Shown: positions 30,486 through 33,748 of the stretch, piece after piece | Layout: each line of letters opens with the position of its first letter | How positions within the stretch are numbered: position 1 is the first letter of the stretch | Assembly (NCBI RefSeq): GCF_001194135.2 | Contig: NC_068985.1 | Span: 53,733,896-53,767,643, forward strand | DNA from: Octopus bimaculoides | Taxonomy: Eukaryota | Reading direction: 5' to 3' | Length of the DNA stretch: 33,748 bases | Made by a program: the position numbers and the translations under genes | The notes under the pieces: model-generated | The model's database searches: none | Seen by the model: the letters and a program-made list of their open reading frames with translations, nothing else | Told to the model about the DNA's origin: nothing

Positions 30486-30554
30486 GGATATTCCATGAGC
30501 CTAATGAGACAGGCTCTGTTAGGGGCCTGCAAAACTTGAAGTAGCATGGAATCC
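30486..30554 (+). ncRNA. Degenerate type I hammerhead ribozyme (Penelope/retrozyme-type), probably inactive
   Basis: Stem I ttccat[ga]gc (30491-30500) pairs with gcatggaa (30544-30551). Core CTAATGA at 30501-30507 (G5 to A), stem II caggc/gcctg, CAAAAC (G12 to A), minimal stem III ACTTGAAGT, cleavage triplet GTA at 30541-30543. Confidence 0.6.
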
Positions 30555-30632
30555 GAATCAAAGTGTTTTGAATAATACATATAACTCCCAATAAATGTGT
30601 TGAGTGCCCTTTCTTTCATTTGTCCACTCACT

Positions 30633-30669
<37 letters not shown>

Positions 30670-31719
30670 ACACACACACTGTCAACATCATGTAGTTGCT
30701 AACATACTGAATGAAGTATAGGTGCTTCAATAAACTGTGTATTGCTACACTCCTAGACAGTATGTTTATGATAAGGGTGTCTCTGTAACCAGGATTATCA
30801 ATAAATTGTCTTGGCTTATTTATCTTCCTCAATGTCTGGCAGAGCATTGGAATGTTGGGATGAGATGGGGGTTAGGTGGGGGTGGGAGTGGGAACAGATT
30901 ATACAACAACAACACTATTAATAACCCTTGCAGCTATTATTAACTCCTCATAAGATTGTACAGATGCTTATTGGTGTTACTTGTCTCACATTGTATCATT
31001 CTCCTTAGATTTAGTTTTTCTTTGTTTCTTAATCCTAATTTAAACACTGTACATTTAAAAATAAACCATGTCTAATGTAAATGAAAAAAAAAAACATACT
31101 AAAAATCCTATTTAATCAAAAGAATTCAATTTAATCCATCAAAATCTGACTTGTTTATCACAGAACGTGCTTTGTATCTTTTGTTTGATATTTTCCCATC
31201 ATTTCAACACCATTGCTAATTAGACCTCCCTGACTCGTCTTTCATCGCCTATGTTCCCACAATATTTTTAATTATTTGCTACCTCTAAAACATCCCCTAA
31301 AGATTAATGATTTGCTATGGGATTATCAGCTTTTATCTTTGAAAAATATTTCTTTTTCAATTCCCTTCATCTTCCATAACTAACCAGGTTAATTGTCACT
31401 AATCATGTCAGGTAAGATGTTATTACCTTTAAAGAGTAAAAGAGAAAATTATTTATATCTTGTCTAAAAGATATTTTTTTATGTATTTATTTGATTATCT
31501 TTCTGATGGCAATTATCTGTTATCCATCCTCCCTGATCTTGATGAAAATCTCTTTTAGCTATTTTGGGATTGCTGTTGTAAATCTTCTAGTTTCTTTTTA
31601 ATTAAAAATAATCTTGTAAAAGTTTCTATTCCAGGTCTTATTCTTACACTTTGTCATTAGAAACATTCTTATTGACAGTGGTTTTGATATATTTTCAGAA
31701 ACCAAAACTTAAGTTGTTG

Positions 31720-32780
31720 ATGTTGACTTAACTGACTGAGACTAAAAATGTGGACTAAATTGGTCTGAATTGTAGATGTCACTTAAATCAATGAGGTTAT
31801 TACATGCTAAATAGATTAACATGGCCTATAAATGTTCATTAAATTCATATCAACTAAATTGATATAGTTTGTAGATGTTGTCTAGATTTTGACTGCATTG
31901 ACATAATCTGTTGATGACTGTATTGATATAATTTGTAGATGTTGATTTCAACTATATTGATGTAGTCTGTAAGTGGTGACTGTACTGACATAGCCTGTAC
32001 GATGTTGACTGCATTGACACAGCTTGTAGACATTGACTGTATTGATACCCTGTAGATGTTGAATGAATTTGATTACAAATTCTGAATACTGACTAAATTG
32101 ATATGACAGTGCTGAATTAACTTGCCCTCTAAATATTCACCGAATTGGTCTGTATGGCAAATGTTGACAAAATTAAGTTCGATATAAATACTGAATATTT
32201 ACAAAATCAACTTAATTTTAACAGATTAATCTACCCTAAATTGGTATAGTCTATAAATATTAGTTTACTGCAGGTACTGTATGTTGAGTGGTCTAATACA
32301 GACAGTGACGAAATTGACATTAACTAAAAACATTTACTAATGGGATATAGACACTGAATGTTGATTAAATTGACATCTACCACAAATATTAACTAATGTG
32401 ATGCAGATATGTTAAGTTGACAAAACTGAAACAAGCTGAAAACTGTAATATAAATAGTGCTTACTGATTGAATTGACAAACAGTAAATATTGACATTTAT
32501 GATATAAGCACTGCATGTTGACAAAATTGACATCAACAGTAAATATTGAGTAATGTGGCACAAAAATTATTGACTAAATTGTCAGGAACTGTAAAAGTTA
32601 CTTGTAAATGTCAACTAAATCAGAAACACATACTGTCCATAAAGGACAAGAGATATAAATATTTACTGACATAGACATATTGTATGTTCATGTGACTGAT
32701 AATACATGAACTGTAAATGTCAACTACATTCATGACACTTAGATAATATTGTAAATGTGTTACACATAAATCCTAGACAT
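31720..32780. repeat. Degenerate minisatellite region: unit of about 28 bp (tgtagatgttgactgcattgacatagtc) grading into an aaatattgactaaattgacat-type repeat
   Basis: Recurrent tgtagatgttga and actg(c/t)attga(c/t)a cores over about 31850-32070, with related cores to about 32780. Confidence 0.7.
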
Positions 32781-33703
32781 TGACAAGATGAGAAAGAGAG
32801 AGAGAGAGAGTACATGAAGTTGAACGTTTTATGCTTATATGTAAATGTTTTTCTTAACCTAATCATTGCTCTTACTCTTAAATTTCTATTTGATATATTT
32901 TAATTTTCTTCAGTTATTTTTCTTGTTTCAAAATTTCAAAATTTAATTAATATAATTAACTAACTAATTAATTATCCAAGATTTCTTTTTTCCACTGTAC
33001 TGATTTGAATTTTTTTTTTTTTACTTATTCATTTTTATATTTATTTATTTTATTTCATTCCCCTCACCAGTAGACATCAGAGCATTTTCAGGTTATTATC
33101 ATGGAATGGGTATGTTCTGGATTTTAATGTATTATATTTTAGTTAGAACAATTATTCTTTTCTTAGTTACTCTGTTCTATTTAAAAAATTTTCTTTCCTA
33201 ACACATTATTTCAACCAGATTAAACCTTAATATTTATCTATAAAAAAACATTTTCTCTGCATGGAAACTATTCACAGATTATGTACAAGACATCAGGTGT
33301 ATATTGTGCTGTCTCTCTCTCTACTAATCAACTTGAAGAATTTTATAGCTGGAATGACAGTGAAAATGGTATGTCAAGTGGTTGAATCCTAAGATAACAA
33401 TCAATGATGTGAGGAGATTGGAAAAGTGTCTTTAGGTGGTTGCTGAAAGTTGCCATAACATGAAAAAAACCACAGTTGTCACTCACTACTGATTTGATAG
33501 CATGTATAATGCATTGGTTGATATTTTAAGTATCTTGATAGTACTGACACTTTATTGGTCCTTCTACTTTTTAGTCTAGCAGAAAGTAAGGATATGACAG
33601 CTGCAGGGAGATAGAGAGAACTGCACCAGGACAGAAAAATTGGAAGTAGTCTTTAATGTTTCAAGCATATGCTCTTCTATAGAAACAATGAGGAGAGAGA
33701 AAA

Positions 33704-33748
<45 letters not shown>

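Overview
This is AT-rich, repeat-dense eukaryotic DNA with four N-gaps. The SINE and MITE families look like those of an octopod cephalopod (Octopus sp.); that is recognition from memory, not a database hit. Most ORFs in the supplied track are microsatellite or transposon artefacts. One real spliced gene on the + strand is missed by the track. It has three frame-compatible coding exons (19583-19691, 22656-22961, 28300-28422) encoding a basic N-tail, a signal-anchor helix, a Ser/Thr/Pro-rich stalk and an LDL-receptor class A module, and it continues beyond what I can trace. The rest is transposon-derived: an RT-deleted Tx1/L1-like LINE, a HERO-like and four R4/Dong-like RLE-LINE 3' fragments, a CR1/L2 RT fragment, mariner and maT (DD37D) remnants, two TTAA MITEs and many tRNA-derived SINEs. 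The most notable observations are (ATT)n/(TAA)n microsatellites acting as a shared, strand-polarised landing pad, a CpG-decay step near 17.5-18.5 kb that marks the likely methylated gene body, two decayed hammerhead-ribozyme motifs, and two long degenerate palindromes.
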